A DNA stretch of 64,000 nucleotides from an uncultured Lachnospiraceae bacterium (GCA_900314255.1 OMUP01000020.1:1938-65937), one strand, 5' to 3'. Counted from the first letter of the stretch, positions 37,339-48,144 are shown. Made by a program: numbers and translations. Notes: generated by a model not told the origin, from the letters alone.

Positions 37339-37878
37339 TTACATTCCGTCCGCATACAGACGGTCGTAGCTGTTCATGCCTTTCTTCCACCGGTACAGGC
37401 GTCTGACCGGCCACTCAATCAGGCGTTTCAGGACAATCTGAATCTCCTCGTGGCGGTTTATCGGATCCACCAGAATAGACGGGATTCCGGTCAGATTGGC
37501 CCCCCAGATATCGGTGATAAGCTGATCTCCCACGACAAGCGTGCTCGTGCGGTCTGTCATCATCCGCTTCATCGCCCGCACATATCCGCGCACGGCCGGC
37601 TTTCCCGCCTTGCAGATGTAGGAAGACTGACACGCGTGGGCAAATGGCGCCACTCTGGCCCTGTCATTGTTGGACAGGAAACACGTGTCAAATCCCAGAT
37701 CATGAAGATATTCCATGAATTCACGCGCCCGCCTGTCGGCCTTCGCTCCGTGCGGCACGAGTGTATTGTCAATGTCAAGGATCACTCCGCGGAATCCTCT
37801 CCGATACAGAAGTTCAAAATCGACAGAGTAGATGGAGTGAAAATAGGCGGAAGGCAGCCATCCTGCGCTTTTTTTCAC
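37339..37878 (-). CDS. yqeG: YqeG-family HAD-IIIA phosphatase
   Basis: GVILDIDNTLV motif I, LSNN, GDQLITDIWGAN. 4-nt overlap with nrdR. Confidence 0.85.
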   Translation of the reverse strand: MKKSAGWLPSAYFHSIYSVDFELLYRRGFRGVILDIDNTLVPHGAKADRRAREFMEYLHDLGFDTCFLSNNDRARVAPFAHACQSSYICKAGKPAVRGYVRAMKRMMTDRTSTLVVGDQLITDIWGANLTGIPSILVDPINRHEEIQIVLKRLIEWPVRRLYRWKKGMNSYDRLYADGM

Positions 37879-38336
37879 GTGTCATCTCCTTTGTCCTTCA
37901 TGCTGCTGACTTCATCCATAAAAGACTCGACATCCTTGAACTCCCGGTAGACACTGGCAAAACGGACATACGCCACTTCATTGAGCGCCTTCAGCTTCTT
38001 CATGACCAGATCGCCGATGACAGACGACGGAATCTCCTGTTTGTCCATCGCCAGAAGCTCTGCTTCCACCTCATCGGTCAGCTTCGTCATCTCACTTTGT
38101 GTCACCTGTGTCTTGTAACAGGAACGCACGACACCCGAATAAATCTTGTTCCGGTCAAACGGCTCGCGCGTCTTGTCTTTTTTGATAACAATAAGCGGTG
38201 TTGTCTCCAGTCTCTCATATGTGGTAAAACGCCGGCCGCAGACAATGCACTGGCGGCGGCGCCGGATCGAACCGTCCTCACTCGGACGGGAATCGATCAC
38301 CTTTGTATCTTCCGCACCGCAATATGGGCAATTCAT
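37875..38336 (-). CDS. nrdR: transcriptional repressor NrdR
   Basis: MNCPYCGAEDTKVIDSRPSEDGSIRRRRQCIVCGRRFTTYE is a zinc ribbon; an ATP-cone follows. Start at 38336 with a GGAGGA RBS. Confidence 0.95.
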   Translation of the reverse strand: MNCPYCGAEDTKVIDSRPSEDGSIRRRRQCIVCGRRFTTYERLETTPLIVIKKDKTREPFDRNKIYSGVVRSCYKTQVTQSEMTKLTDEVEAELLAMDKQEIPSSVIGDLVMKKLKALNEVAYVRFASVYREFKDVESFMDEVSSMKDKGDDT

Positions 38337-38394
38337 AATTTTCCTCCGAAAGCAGTAAGAATGCACACCCGGACTCAGATAATTTTGTATACAT

Positions 38395-38423
38395 ATTATA
38401 AATTGCGCGCGGGACGCGGTCAA
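38395..38423 (-). promoter_or_regulatory. sigma-A type promoter for nrdR-yqeG-aroEKQ
   Basis: The reverse strand reads TTGACC-17 nt-TATAAT, followed 1 nt later by the 8-bp palindrome TGTATACA (38386-38393). Confidence 0.6.
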
Positions 38424-38519
38424 TCATTTGCACGTGGGAAATGGCCAGTTTCCAGTTGAAATACGCCTCTGTTCGATTTAAGATAAGTTCAGAATAATCA
38501 GAAAGGCAGTGAGAAAAGC

Positions 38520-39581
38520 ATGTCTGTAAAATACACAGCCTACGTGGGATGTTATACACGTCAGAACAAGAACGGCGGCATACAGATTTTTGATGTGGAT
38601 GTTCCGGCCGGACGGCTCATCCCCCGGGAGAACGGAACCGTTTCGATTCACAACGCGTCTTACGTCGCGCTTTCGCACAGCGGCCGCTTCCTGTATTCAA
38701 TCTGTGATGAAGGTGTTTCCGCATTTACCATCCTGCCGGACGGCAGCCTCGAAATGATCAACACGCTTTCGATCAATGGTATGCGCGGCTGTCACATCGC
38801 TCTGACAAGCGCCGACGAATACCTGGTTGTCTCCGGGTATCACGACGGCAAGGTGACGGTTGTGCGCATCAACGAGGACGGTGCTCTGGACTGCATCACC
38901 GACGAGGTCTATCACAGCGGCATCGGCATGACGCCGGACCGGAACCTGAGCCCGCACGTGGAGTGCTGCACATTCACGCCCGACGGCGAGTACCTCTGCG
39001 CGTGTGATTCCGGCATCGATCAGATTAAAATCTATCAGTTCAACTACGAGAACGGACGTCTGAAGCTTGTCGACATCATCCGCACGCAGCTCGACAGCGA
39101 TCCGCGTCAGCTTGTATTTTCAGCGGACGGTCGGTTTGCCTATGTTGTCTGTGAAAACAAGAATCTTATCGATGTCTTCGAATATACGAAGGAAGGAAAG
39201 AAGTTCAGCTTCGAGCCGGTTCAGACAATCTTTACGGTCCGCAGCAAGAATAAAGGCAACAACGCTCCGTACGACCTTATCTTCACGAAGGACGGCAGCA
39301 TGGCGCTGTGCTCAAATGCCGGCAGCAACACGGTTACGATGTACCGTGTCAACAAGGAGAAAGGTACCCTTTCGATCCTCTCGTCTCTTCCGGTCAGCGG
39401 GCGTTTCCCGAAATATCTCTGTCTTTTCCCGGACGACAGGCATCTGCTTTCGATGAATGCGGATGAGAATTCCATCACGGATTTCACTGTCCACTTTGAC
39501 AAGGGCACGATCATCATGAATGGCAATCCGATTCATATCATGTCCCCCAACAATCTGGTCATGCTGAAGAGCGAATCATAA
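38520..39581 (+). CDS. lactonase-family 7-bladed beta-propeller protein (6-phosphogluconolactonase-like)
   Basis: 353 aa; YVGCYT...GIQIF, repeated blade-like segments, and P.hv.f.PDG.ylyv.ce...i..y-type periodicity. Confidence 0.7.
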   Translation: MSVKYTAYVGCYTRQNKNGGIQIFDVDVPAGRLIPRENGTVSIHNASYVALSHSGRFLYSICDEGVSAFTILPDGSLEMINTLSINGMRGCHIALTSADEYLVVSGYHDGKVTVVRINEDGALDCITDEVYHSGIGMTPDRNLSPHVECCTFTPDGEYLCACDSGIDQIKIYQFNYENGRLKLVDIIRTQLDSDPRQLVFSADGRFAYVVCENKNLIDVFEYTKEGKKFSFEPVQTIFTVRSKNKGNNAPYDLIFTKDGSMALCSNAGSNTVTMYRVNKEKGTLSILSSLPVSGRFPKYLCLFPDDRHLLSMNADENSITDFTVHFDKGTIIMNGNPIHIMSPNNLVMLKSES

Positions 39582-39598
39582 AACAGCTGAAAAATTTC

Positions 39599-39628
39599 TG
39601 CCGCAGTCTTGTACTGCGGCATTTTTGT
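39599..39628 (+). terminator. intrinsic terminator after the lactonase gene
   Basis: TGCCGCAGT-CTTGT-ACTGCGGCA followed by TTTTTG. Confidence 0.75.
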
Positions 39629-39694
39629 TGTAAAATGGTGCGCAGTGTGTGTCAGGAGTTTTCCATCAGCTCCCAGAATAATAAGGAGGGAACC

Positions 39695-40609
39695 ATGAGA
39701 CATCTTCTTAATCCGCTGGATTTCAGTGTTGAAGAAACGAATCGTCTTCTCGACCTCGCCAGGGACATCAAGGACCATCCGGACCAGTATGCTCACAAGT
39801 GCGACGGCAAGAGGCTTGCAACTCTGTTTTACGAGCCGAGCACCAGAACAAGACTCAGCTTTGAAGCTGCCATGATGAATCTGGGCGGCACGGTTCTGGG
39901 CTTTTCTTCTGCCCAGTCAAGCTCCGCCTCGAAAGGTGAGAGCGTAGCTGATACGATCCGCGTTGTTTCCTGCTATGCCAACATTGTGGCCATGCGCCAT
40001 CCAAAGGAAGGTGCTCCGGCTGTCGCGGCACAGTTTTCAAAAGTTCCGGTCATCAACGCCGGTGACGGCGGCCACCAGCATCCGACCCAGACGCTGGCCG
40101 ACATGATGACGATCCGCGAACTGCGCGGAAGCCTCGAGAACTTCACGATCGGACTGTGCGGCGATCTGAAGTTCGGCCGCACCGTGCACTCTCTCATCAG
40201 TTCCCTGATCCGCTATCCGGGCGTAAAATTTGTTCTGATCTCCCCGCCGGAGCTGCGCATTCCGGACTCCATCCGCGAAGATGTGCTGAATGCCCACAAC
40301 ATCGAATACAAAGAGGTGGAGAAGCTGGAAGACGTCATCCCAGAGCTTGACATTCTCTACATGACCCGCGTCCAGAAAGAGCGTTTCTTCAACGAAGACG
40401 ACTATCTGCGCATGAAGGACTTTTACATTCTGACGGAGAGCAAGCTTGCGCTCGCCAAAAAAGACATGTATATTCTCCATCCGTTGCCGCGCGTGAATGA
40501 AATCTCTGTCGAAGTGGACAAAGACCCGAGGGCTCAGTATTTCACCCAGGTACAGTACGCTGTCTACGTCCGCGAGGCGCTGATTCTCACGCTTCTCGGG
40601 CTCGCCTGA
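39695..40609 (+). CDS. pyrB: aspartate carbamoyltransferase catalytic subunit
   Basis: [26 protein letters not shown]. Start at 39695 with an AAGGAGGG RBS. Confidence 0.95.
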   Translation: MRHLLNPLDFSVEETNRLLDLARDIKDHPDQYAHKCDGKRLATLFYEPSTRTRLSFEAAMMNLGGTVLGFSSAQSSSASKGESVADTIRVVSCYANIVAMRHPKEGAPAVAAQFSKVPVINAGDGGHQHPTQTLADMMTIRELRGSLENFTIGLCGDLKFGRTVHSLISSLIRYPGVKFVLISPPELRIPDSIREDVLNAHNIEYKEVEKLEDVIPELDILYMTRVQKERFFNEDDYLRMKDFYILTESKLALAKKDMYILHPLPRVNEISVEVDKDPRAQYFTQVQYAVYVREALILTLLGLA

Positions 40610-40623
40610 AAGGAGGTTCCCCC

Positions 40624-41052
40624 ATGTTAAATGTCGACAAGCTCAACAACGGTATTGTTCTGGACCACATCAAGGCCGGAAATGCCATGAAGCTCTACAA
40701 TTTTCTTCACCTCGACAAGCTCGACTGCGAGGTTGCCATCATCAAGAATGCACGCAGCCGCAAGATGGGACGCAAGGACATTCTGAAGATCGAAGGCGGC
40801 CTGGATCTTGTGAATCTGGACGTGATCGGTTTCGTGGATCCGGATATTACCGTCAACATCATAACCGACGGCAAAATCGAAAAGAAAAAGCTGACACTGC
40901 CCAGAGAGCTGCACAATGTCATCTCCTGCCGCAACCCGCGCTGTATCACGTCGATCGAGCAGGGACTCGAACAGGTCTTCGTGCTCACAGATGAAAAGAA
41001 AAAGGTATATCGCTGCAAGTACTGCGATGAAGCCTATACGTGGAATGACTGA
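40624..41052 (+). CDS. pyrI: aspartate carbamoyltransferase regulatory subunit
   Basis: 142 aa; NGIVLDHI, and a C-terminal zinc domain C.NP.C...E...YRCKYC. Confidence 0.92.
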   Translation: MLNVDKLNNGIVLDHIKAGNAMKLYNFLHLDKLDCEVAIIKNARSRKMGRKDILKIEGGLDLVNLDVIGFVDPDITVNIITDGKIEKKKLTLPRELHNVISCRNPRCITSIEQGLEQVFVLTDEKKKVYRCKYCDEAYTWND

Positions 41053-41100
41053 CAGCAGAAAGCATCTGCCTGCCGGCAATACAGCCTGAATCATCAAAAA

Positions 41101-41149
41101 AGCTTCAGCTCCGGAATTTTTGATTCCAGAGCCGAAGCTCAATTTTTTT
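41101..41149. terminator. bidirectional terminator shared by pyrBI (+) and rnpB (-)
   Basis: AGCTTCAGCTCCGGAAT-TTTTG-ATTCCAGAGCCGAAGCT, a 17-bp stem with 2 mismatches. A-run on the left, TTTTTTT on the right. Confidence 0.7.
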
Positions 41150-41153
41150 ATAG

Positions 41154-41536
41154 AAGAGCTGCACGATAAGCCGGGTTATGTTGCGCTCCGGGAATCTCAC
41201 CCGGAGGCCGGCGATCATCTTTCTAGGCCTGCCGTTGCCGGCAGGCTCAAGCAACCTACCCGAAAGACCGCAGCGGGCCGCTGCATCGCTTTCAATCTGG
41301 TCTTGCTTCGGACGGGGTTTACACAGCCGCTTACAGTTACCTGAAGCGCGGTAGTCTCTTGCACTGCCATTCCACCCTTACCCTTCCGGCTTGCGGAAAG
41401 GCGGTTTCTTTTCTGTTGCACTGGCCTGGGAGTCACCTCCACCGGATGTTATCCGGCGTCCTGCCCTGCGAAGCCCGGACTTTCCTCACCCGCCTCCCTT
41501 GCGGAAGACGGCCGCGACCGCCTGTGCAGCTCATAG
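41154..41536 (-). ncRNA. rnpB: RNase P RNA
   Basis: The reverse strand contains the universal GAGGAAAGTCCGGGC (P4 5' strand) and AACCCGGCTTA (P4 3' strand). The P1 helix GAGCTGCAC/GTGCAGCTC closes about 380 nt. A perfect promoter lies just upstream and a terminator just downstream. The small ORFs called here are spurious. Confidence 0.92.
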
Positions 41537-41542
41537 ACTTGT

Positions 41543-41571
41543 ATTTTAGCCTGACGGAAAATATTTGTCAA
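41543..41571 (-). promoter_or_regulatory. sigma-A promoter of rnpB
   Basis: The reverse strand reads TTGACA-17 nt-TAAAAT. Confidence 0.7.
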
Positions 41572-41788
41572 ACGGAATGCGCAGCTGCCTGCTGCCTCCT
41601 CTGCTGTCTGACACGCATCCGGTATCTGTGAGAGAGTACACCGCTGATTTCGCTTTGAATCTGCTGAAATTTATGCTATTGTATGAACATATTGATAAAA
41701 ATGTGACAGTCTTTGTCGAATCCCACGATTTTTCTGTCTCATTCCCGTTCGTACTCAAAAATATCATTTATGTGGAGGTGGATTTTCT

Positions 41789-43018
41789 ATGAACCTGTTC
41801 GGAGGGGTCATCTCGATTCAGGGAATCACGTACCTGATGTTCGTCGTCTTCGCCATCACGGCACTGGGGCTCGCACTTGGCAGAATCCGGATCAAAGGTA
41901 TTGATCTGGGAACCGCCGGTGTCTTCATCGTTGCGCTCATCTTCGGCTGCCTGTTCTACCCTTCTTTAGAGGCGCAGTTCGGCACATACACAAAAGACGC
42001 GCTGAAAATCATTGAGAATATCGGTCTGATTCTCTTCGTGACTTCCGTCGGTTTCATCGCGGGGCCGAAATTTTTCGGCAATCTGAAGAAAAACTTCAAA
42101 TCCTACGTCCTCCTCGGCTTCATCATCATCGCCAGCGGCTGGGTCGTGGCCATCCTCTGCATCCTGATCGGCCGGGCGCTCGGGGAGCCGGATCCGAAGC
42201 GCCTTACTGCTATTGTGGCCGGCCTGTTCTCCGGCGCGCTCACGAGCACACCGGCATTTTCCGCGGCCAAGTCAACGGTTGCCGCGCAGTATGAGGACCT
42301 CGTGTCCGTCGGATACGGAATTGCCTATATTTACGGAGTCATCGGCGTGGTTCTCTTCGTTCAGCTCATCCCGAAACTCACGCACGCCAATATTCCGGAT
42401 GAGCTTCACAAGCTCGAGGAGGTGTCCGGAGGTTCGGGGCGCAGCGTGGACAAGTCGTGCCTCATCGAGATGGACCCGTACGGAATGATGCCGTTCGGCC
42501 TTGCCGCCATTGTCGGCATTATAATCGGTATGATCCGTATACCGCTCTCCTCGAAAGGCTTCGACGGGACCACCTTCTCTCTCACGACGACGGGCGGCTG
42601 CCTGCTGTCCGCTCTCATCTTCGGACATTTCGGGCACATCGGCCGCATATCCATGATGCCCAATGACAAATCCTGCAAGACCTTCCGGGAATTCGGCCTT
42701 GTGCTGTTCCTCCTGGGAGCGGGCGTTTCCGGTGGCGCGCAGTTCGTGCAGAACTTCAAGGTCATCTATTTTATCTATGGTTTCCTGATCACAAACCTCT
42801 CGATGATCATCGGATACTTCTTCGCAACCAGAGTGCTGAAGCTGAACCTGCTGAACGCTCTCTCCGCCATCACCGGCGGCATGACAAGCACCCCGGCTCT
42901 GGGAACGCTGATCTCTGTCGCCGGCTCCGAGGAAGTGGCCTCCGCGTATGCCGCCACCTACCCTGTTGCCCTGATCGCCGTCGTACTGGCGACGCAGTTC
43001 CTGATCATACTGTTCTGA
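41789..43018 (+). CDS. AAE-family (AspT/YidE/YbjL-like) putative transporter, two membrane repeats without the TrkA-C insert
   Basis: 409 aa with about 10 TM segments. There is an internal duplication (LGRIRIKGIDLGTAGVFIVALIFG in the first half, FGHIGRISMMP...FREFGLVLFLLGAGVSGG in the second) typical of the Asp-Al_Ex repeat. Confidence 0.65.
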   Translation: MNLFGGVISIQGITYLMFVVFAITALGLALGRIRIKGIDLGTAGVFIVALIFGCLFYPSLEAQFGTYTKDALKIIENIGLILFVTSVGFIAGPKFFGNLKKNFKSYVLLGFIIIASGWVVAILCILIGRALGEPDPKRLTAIVAGLFSGALTSTPAFSAAKSTVAAQYEDLVSVGYGIAYIYGVIGVVLFVQLIPKLTHANIPDELHKLEEVSGGSGRSVDKSCLIEMDPYGMMPFGLAAIVGIIIGMIRIPLSSKGFDGTTFSLTTTGGCLLSALIFGHFGHIGRISMMPNDKSCKTFREFGLVLFLLGAGVSGGAQFVQNFKVIYFIYGFLITNLSMIIGYFFATRVLKLNLLNALSAITGGMTSTPALGTLISVAGSEEVASAYAATYPVALIAVVLATQFLIILF

Positions 43019-43068
43019 CACAACTGTCTGGCGCTGCTTTTATTAAAAGTACATGACAGATAAAACAT

Positions 43069-43100
43069 CCCCCGGCGGCCGTTTGATACAGCCGCCGGGG
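43069..43100. terminator. bidirectional hairpin between the transporter (+) and the RHH gene (-)
   Basis: CCCCCGGCGGC-CGTTTGATACA-GCCGCCGGGG; T-tracts are modest on both sides. Confidence 0.5.
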
Positions 43101-43108
43101 TTTCGCCG

Positions 43109-43300
43109 TTAGATGTCCAGTTTCGGGGGTTCGTCCAGGTGATCGGACACATACTTCCCGTTCTTTTTTCTCTGCCTTACGCACTCGGTGAGCAGGTATT
43201 CTATCTGACCATTTACCGAGCGGAAATCGTCTTCCGCCCATGCGGCAATTGCTGAATACAGTTCGTCGCTCAGCCGCAGGGGTACCTGCTTTTTAGCCAT
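43109..43300 (-). CDS. Arc/MetJ-type ribbon-helix-helix DNA-binding protein (63 aa)
   Basis: [41 protein letters not shown] shows an RHH beta-strand/helix pattern. AGAGGT RBS. The longer track ORF has no RBS. Confidence 0.7.
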   Translation of the reverse strand: MAKKQVPLRLSDELYSAIAAWAEDDFRSVNGQIEYLLTECVRQRKKNGKYVSDHLDEPPKLDI

Positions 43301-43356
43301 GTATACCTCTTCTTTCTTCCTGCCGTCCGGCAAATCCGGAAGGCTTTCGTTAAACT

Positions 43357-44379
43357 TTAGTACAGACTTCCGGAGTTCACAACCGGCTGCGCGTCGTGAT
43401 TGCCGCATAAAACGACCAGAAGATTGGATACCATGGCCGCCTTGCGCTCCTCATCCAGATCGACGACGCCATTTTCTTTCAGGCGCTCCAGCGCCATTTC
43501 CACCATGCCGACCGCGCCGTCGACAATCATCTTGCGGGCGTCGATGACAGCTGACGCCTGCTGGCGCTGCAGCATTACGGCTGCGATCTCCGGCGCGTAC
43601 GCCAGATATGTGATGCGAGCCTCGAGAATCTCCAGTCCTGCGTTCTGCACTTTGTTCTGGATCATCGAGCGGATGCGCTCGGCCACGACTGTCGTAGAAC
43701 CACGGAGGCTTCCGTCGTCGGCCTGCCCGTCGCCTGTCGTGTCGATGCCCGGCGCCACATCATATGGATAAATCTTCACAATGTCGCGCACTGCCGCGTC
43801 AGCCTGCAGGGAAAGATATTCCTTGTAGTTGTCAACGTTAAATACCGCGCTCGCGGTGTCCTTTACTCTCCAGATAACAGCGACGGAAATTTCGACCGGA
43901 TTTCCCAGAACATCATTGACTTTCTGCCGGGCGTTGCTGAGCGTCATAGCTTTCAGGGAAATCTTGCGCGAACCGGCCGCCTCATCCTTGTTCGTGCCCG
44001 ATGTAAAAACAATCTTGCCCGCGCGGCTTCCCTCATCGACATCGCCGCTCTGTCCGAGGCGCGTCTTCGCCGCCGGATTCACCGCGGAGCAGAACGGATT
44101 TACATAGTAAAATCCTTCTCCTTTCAGCGTCCCGATATACCTGCCGAACAGCGTCAGGACCAGTGCCTCCTGCGGCTTCAGAACCTTCAGCCCCAGAAAC
44201 GGAATCCATCCGATGCACATCCAGATTAATCCCGGCAGAAACACCGGAAGATACGGTGAATCCTCCGTGCCTGCCGCAATCCCGGCGGCAAATGCAGCCA
44301 CCCCTGTCGCGTAAAGACCGCTCCACAGCACAAGAAACAGCATGCCGTTTTTCTTTCCGGACAAAACCTTCTCGCTCAT
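43357..44379 (-). CDS. SPFH/Band-7 (stomatin/prohibitin-like) membrane protein
   Basis: Two N-terminal TM segments, then [18 protein letters not shown]...ISVAVIWRV...[18 protein letters not shown]. Start at 44379 with a GGGAGA RBS; the upstream extension runs through a terminator hairpin. Confidence 0.8.
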   Translation of the reverse strand: MSEKVLSGKKNGMLFLVLWSGLYATGVAAFAAGIAAGTEDSPYLPVFLPGLIWMCIGWIPFLGLKVLKPQEALVLTLFGRYIGTLKGEGFYYVNPFCSAVNPAAKTRLGQSGDVDEGSRAGKIVFTSGTNKDEAAGSRKISLKAMTLSNARQKVNDVLGNPVEISVAVIWRVKDTASAVFNVDNYKEYLSLQADAAVRDIVKIYPYDVAPGIDTTGDGQADDGSLRGSTTVVAERIRSMIQNKVQNAGLEILEARITYLAYAPEIAAVMLQRQQASAVIDARKMIVDGAVGMVEMALERLKENGVVDLDEERKAAMVSNLLVVLCGNHDAQPVVNSGSLY

Positions 44380-44422
44380 ACCTTTTCTCCCTCTCGGATC
44401 TCCAAAATGATTTCCTTTATGA

Positions 44423-44454
44423 ATCAGATATTTATCTGATATCATATTGATATC
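44423..44454. promoter_or_regulatory. two overlapping perfect palindromes in the SPFH/RHH promoter region (candidate RHH operator)
   Basis: ATCAGATA-TT-TATCTGAT (44423-44440, 8-2-8) and GATATCA-TAT-TGATATC (44438-44454, 7-3-7). The latter overlaps a TTGACA-17-TATCAA promoter read on the reverse strand. Confidence 0.5.
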
Positions 44455-44494
44455 ACATCCTGAAAAGACTGTCAAGAAGAATGCAAAAAGGCAT

Positions 44495-44548
44495 AAAAAC
44501 ACCGGCTGCCTCTGCTCCATCTACGGGGCAGTCAGACAGCCGGTTTTT
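44495..44548. terminator. terminator after queA (bidirectional architecture)
   Basis: ACCGGCTGCC...GGCAG..CAGCCGGT stem, flanked by AAAAA (44495-44499) and TTTTT (44544-44548). Confidence 0.65.
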
Positions 44549-44562
44549 AAAGCCTGATTCCG

Positions 44563-45645
44563 TTACTTGATCAGCATTGCGTCTCCGAACGAGAAGAAAC
44601 GGTATTTTTCCTGAACTGCTATGCTGTAGGCGTGCAGGATGTTTTCGCGCCCGGCCAGTGCCGATACCAGCATGACCAGCGTCGATTCCGGCAGATGGAA
44701 GTTGGTGATCAGCTCATCCACTGCCTTGTAGTGATAACCCGGATAGATGAAGATCGAAGTGTCACCGGACCCTGCGTGCACGATACCGTTTTCGTCCGTC
44801 ACAGTCTCAAGCGTCCGCGTGCTGGTCGTTCCTACGGCAACGATCTTTCCGCCGGCAGCACGCGCACGGTTGATGCGGTCTGCGGCGTCCTTTGTCACCT
44901 GATACCACTCGGTGTGCATGTGATGATCGAGAATATTCTCGGTCTTCACCGGTCTGAACGTTCCGAGTCCCACGTGCAGAGTGATGCGGACGATGTCGAT
45001 TCCCTTTTCTTCAATTTCCTTCATAAGCTCTTCCGTGAAGTGAAGGCCCGCTGTCGGCGCAGCCGCCGAACCGTCGTGCTTTGCGTAAACGGTGTTGTAC
45101 ATCGACGGATCCTGCAGCTGATGCTTGATGTACGGCGGAAGCGGCATCTGGCCGAGTTCGTCAAGAATTTCCTCGAAAATTCCCTCGTACTCAAACTGCA
45201 CGATGCGGTTGCCGTCATCAATGATGTCCTTGACCTCACACTTCAGCCGGCCTTCCCCGAAGTCAATCCTCGTACCAGCCTTGCATTTCTTGCCCGGGCG
45301 GACAAGGACCTCCCAGGTATCTTTCATATCCTTCTTGCGGTTGAGCAGCAGCACCTCAATCGAAGCGCCTGTGCCTTCCTTGACGCCGATCAGGCGGGCC
45401 GGAATGACACGTGTGTCATTGATCACCATTACATCGCCGGGATTCAGATAATCGATGACATCCCGGAAAATCCTGTGCTCAATGGCACCGGTCTTTTTGT
45501 CCAGCACCATCAGGCGGCTTGCGGCCCGGTCCGACAGCGGATCCTGCGCGATCAGTTCCTGCGGCAGGTCGTAGTAATAATCATGGAGATCCATCCCTTC
45601 GGAGAGGTTCGGATCTCTCTCCTGTTTTGTTTCCAGTTCAGACAT
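44563..45645 (-). CDS. queA: S-adenosylmethionine:tRNA ribosyltransferase-isomerase
   Basis: [15 protein letters not shown]...SRLMVL...TRVIPARL...PLPPYI...YQTVYA-like...[10 protein letters not shown]...[10 protein letters not shown]. Confidence 0.95.
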   Translation of the reverse strand: MSELETKQERDPNLSEGMDLHDYYYDLPQELIAQDPLSDRAASRLMVLDKKTGAIEHRIFRDVIDYLNPGDVMVINDTRVIPARLIGVKEGTGASIEVLLLNRKKDMKDTWEVLVRPGKKCKAGTRIDFGEGRLKCEVKDIIDDGNRIVQFEYEGIFEEILDELGQMPLPPYIKHQLQDPSMYNTVYAKHDGSAAAPTAGLHFTEELMKEIEEKGIDIVRITLHVGLGTFRPVKTENILDHHMHTEWYQVTKDAADRINRARAAGGKIVAVGTTSTRTLETVTDENGIVHAGSGDTSIFIYPGYHYKAVDELITNFHLPESTLVMLVSALAGRENILHAYSIAVQEKYRFFSFGDAMLIK

Positions 45646-48086
45646 TATTTTCTCAGCTCGATTCCAAGTTCTGCAAGAGCCTTGACGATTCGATCCATCG
45701 GTACGGACACTTCTTTGTCCTCAAGCGTGTGATCCTTCGCCCGGAATGTGATTGTGTAGGCAACCGACTTGTAACCTTCGGTGATCTGCGATCCTTCGTA
45801 GATATCGAAAAGTCTGTAGCTCTCGACATTCTCTCCGCCCTGCTCACGGATGACATCTTCGATCTGTGCGACGAGAATGTTCTTCGGAACTACCAGCGAG
45901 ATATCTCTTGATACAGCCGGGAAGTTCGCGATTCCTGTGTAACGGCGGTCAAATGTGGCAAATTTCGTCACTTCCGGCAGATCGATGACAGCAAGATAGC
46001 ATCTCTGTCCGATGCGGTAGCTTTCTGCCACCAGCGGATGCAGTTCGCCCAGATATCCCATCTTCTCGCCGTGATAGTACACAGCTGCCTGTCTGCCCGG
46101 GTGCAGGAACGGAATACCCGCCTCCGGGTCATAGCTGATCCGGTCTCTTAAGCCCGTCTCCTGGAAGAACTCCTCGATAACGCCCTTCATGTCATAGAAG
46201 TCACCCTGTCCGTAGAAGCCCAGCGTGAATTCAATCCGCTCGTCCGGCAGCTTCTCGGATGTCGTCGGGTCATCCTTGTCCGGGATATAGACCTTGGCAA
46301 GCTCGAAAAGCTTTACGTTCTCATTGCGCCGGTTGAAATTGATAGAGAGACTGTTCAGCAGTCCGTTGACCGGAAGCGTTCTCATAATGGAGAAATCCTC
46401 ACCCAGCGGGTTGGAAATCTTCACGCATGTGCGAAGCGGCGAGTCTGCCGGGATGCGAAGCTTGTCAAACACCTTCGGGCTCTCAAACGAGTAAGTCATT
46501 GCCTGAGAGAATCCGCAGAACTCAGCGGTCTCAAGCGCCTTGTCCTGAACTCTCTGCTTGAAGGAGATGCCGCCCATCGTCGTGGCGCCCTTCGGAAGCG
46601 TGGTCGGAATCTTCTGGTAGCCGTAGAATCTGGCGACTTCCTCCGCCATGTCTGCCATGCCCTTGAGGTCCTGACGGAACGTCGGAATTGTCAGCATATT
46701 TGTGGCCTTGTCGTATTGCACTTCGATGCGGCGGAAATATCCGAGCATCGTCTCCGGATCAATATCGGTGCCAAGAAGTGCGTTGTACTTGTCCGGCTCA
46801 AACGGAATCTGTACCTTTTCTTTGTGTACCGGATAGACATCCACTTTTCCGCCGACCACATCGCCCGCGTCGAGCTCTTCGATGAGCTGGCAGGCACGGT
46901 TTATCGCCTCTTCGGCCAGTTCCGGATCCAGTCCCTTTTCAAACATACCGGAAGCATCCGTGCGCAGTCCCAGTCTCTTGGACGTCTTGCGGATGTTGGT
47001 GCCGTCAAAGGTCGCCGCCTCAAACAGCATCGTCTTCACATCGTCAGTGATCATGGAGTTCTGCCCGCCCATGATGCCTGCCAGGCCGATTTCCTTCTCG
47101 CCGTCGCAGATCATCAGGCAGTCGTGATCCAGAATGTGTTCCTTGCCGTCAAGCGTTGCGAACTTGTCACCGTCAGTAGCTCTGCGGACGATGATCTTGT
47201 GACCCGCAATGGTGTCGTAATCGTACGCATGCATCGGCTGGCCGTACTCTTCCATCACGTAGTTTGTGATATCGACAATGTTGTTGATCGGGCGGATTCC
47301 GCAGGTCATCAGACGGTGCTGCATCCACAGCGGTGACGGCGCGAGACGGATATTGGTCACGACGCGGCCGATGTAGCGGGAGCACAGATCGGATGCCTTG
47401 ATCTCAACCTGAATAAAATCTGCCGCATTCTGATCATTTCCGGTCGGCTTTACAACCGGCGGAACAAACTTCGTGTCAAATGTTGCGGCTGCCTCGCGCG
47501 CAACACCAAGAATGCTGTAGCAGTCCACGCGGTTGTTCGTGATCTCATACTCGAATACCGCATCATTCAGTCCCAGAAGTGCCGGAACATCCTCGCCGAC
47601 CTTTGTGTCTGCCGGGAAAATGTAAATGCCGTTTTCCGGTGCATCCGGATAGAACTCGCGGTTTGATCCCATCTCTTCGATGGAGCACATCATACCGTCC
47701 GACTTCACGCCTCGAAGTTCACCGCTCTCAATGCGGATACCGTCTTCGGGCATCGGACCGCCGTCATGACCGCCGGCCACCTTGCCGCCAGGCAGGCAGA
47801 CCGGAACCTTAACGCCGCTCATGCCGACCGTGATGTTCGGAGCCCCGGTCACAATCTGCGCTGTGTGATCGCCCACATTGACCTGGCACACAACCAGATG
47901 ATCCGCATGCGGATGCTTTTCAACCGAAAGAATCTCGCCAACGACAATTCTTTCAAGATTCTTATTGAGTACTGTATATCCTTCCACTTTTGTGCCGGAC
48001 ATTGTCATGGCGTCGCGGAACTCGTGTTCCTGCACATCCTTGATGCCCGGGACTAATGCCTTAATCCAGTTCAGTGAAGTAACCAT
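45645..48086 (-). CDS. pheT: phenylalanine--tRNA ligase beta subunit
   Basis: 813 aa; N-terminal tRNA-binding OB ([15 protein letters not shown]), B3/4 and B5 domains, C-terminal FDX-ACB. TAATG overlap with queA. Confidence 0.95.
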   Translation of the reverse strand: MVTSLNWIKALVPGIKDVQEHEFRDAMTMSGTKVEGYTVLNKNLERIVVGEILSVEKHPHADHLVVCQVNVGDHTAQIVTGAPNITVGMSGVKVPVCLPGGKVAGGHDGGPMPEDGIRIESGELRGVKSDGMMCSIEEMGSNREFYPDAPENGIYIFPADTKVGEDVPALLGLNDAVFEYEITNNRVDCYSILGVAREAAATFDTKFVPPVVKPTGNDQNAADFIQVEIKASDLCSRYIGRVVTNIRLAPSPLWMQHRLMTCGIRPINNIVDITNYVMEEYGQPMHAYDYDTIAGHKIIVRRATDGDKFATLDGKEHILDHDCLMICDGEKEIGLAGIMGGQNSMITDDVKTMLFEAATFDGTNIRKTSKRLGLRTDASGMFEKGLDPELAEEAINRACQLIEELDAGDVVGGKVDVYPVHKEKVQIPFEPDKYNALLGTDIDPETMLGYFRRIEVQYDKATNMLTIPTFRQDLKGMADMAEEVARFYGYQKIPTTLPKGATTMGGISFKQRVQDKALETAEFCGFSQAMTYSFESPKVFDKLRIPADSPLRTCVKISNPLGEDFSIMRTLPVNGLLNSLSINFNRRNENVKLFELAKVYIPDKDDPTTSEKLPDERIEFTLGFYGQGDFYDMKGVIEEFFQETGLRDRISYDPEAGIPFLHPGRQAAVYYHGEKMGYLGELHPLVAESYRIGQRCYLAVIDLPEVTKFATFDRRYTGIANFPAVSRDISLVVPKNILVAQIEDVIREQGGENVESYRLFDIYEGSQITEGYKSVAYTITFRAKDHTLEDKEVSVPMDRIVKALAELGIELRK

Positions 48087-48144
48087 TTCCGTTTCCTCTC
48101 TTTATTCCGTAACTTTTCCGTTAATTCCGATACGTTCACACTGC

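Noticed and set aside
39629-39694. PyrR-binding attenuator in the pyrB leader
   Set aside because: I could not find the UCCAGAGAGG-type PyrR loop or a terminator/antiterminator pair. The leader after the upstream terminator is only about 65 nt.
41120-41767. Small ORFs 41120-41344, 41215-41442, 41359-41631, 41546-41767 and 41565-41792
   Set aside because: They lie on or next to the RNase P RNA gene and its promoter. None has an RBS.
44380-44520. N-terminal extension of the SPFH ORF (MEQRQPVFLC...), which looks lipoprotein-like (FSGC)
   Set aside because: It would have to be translated through the queA terminator hairpin and the promoter/palindrome region, and there is no RBS at 44520. The Met at 44379 has GGGAGA at proper spacing.
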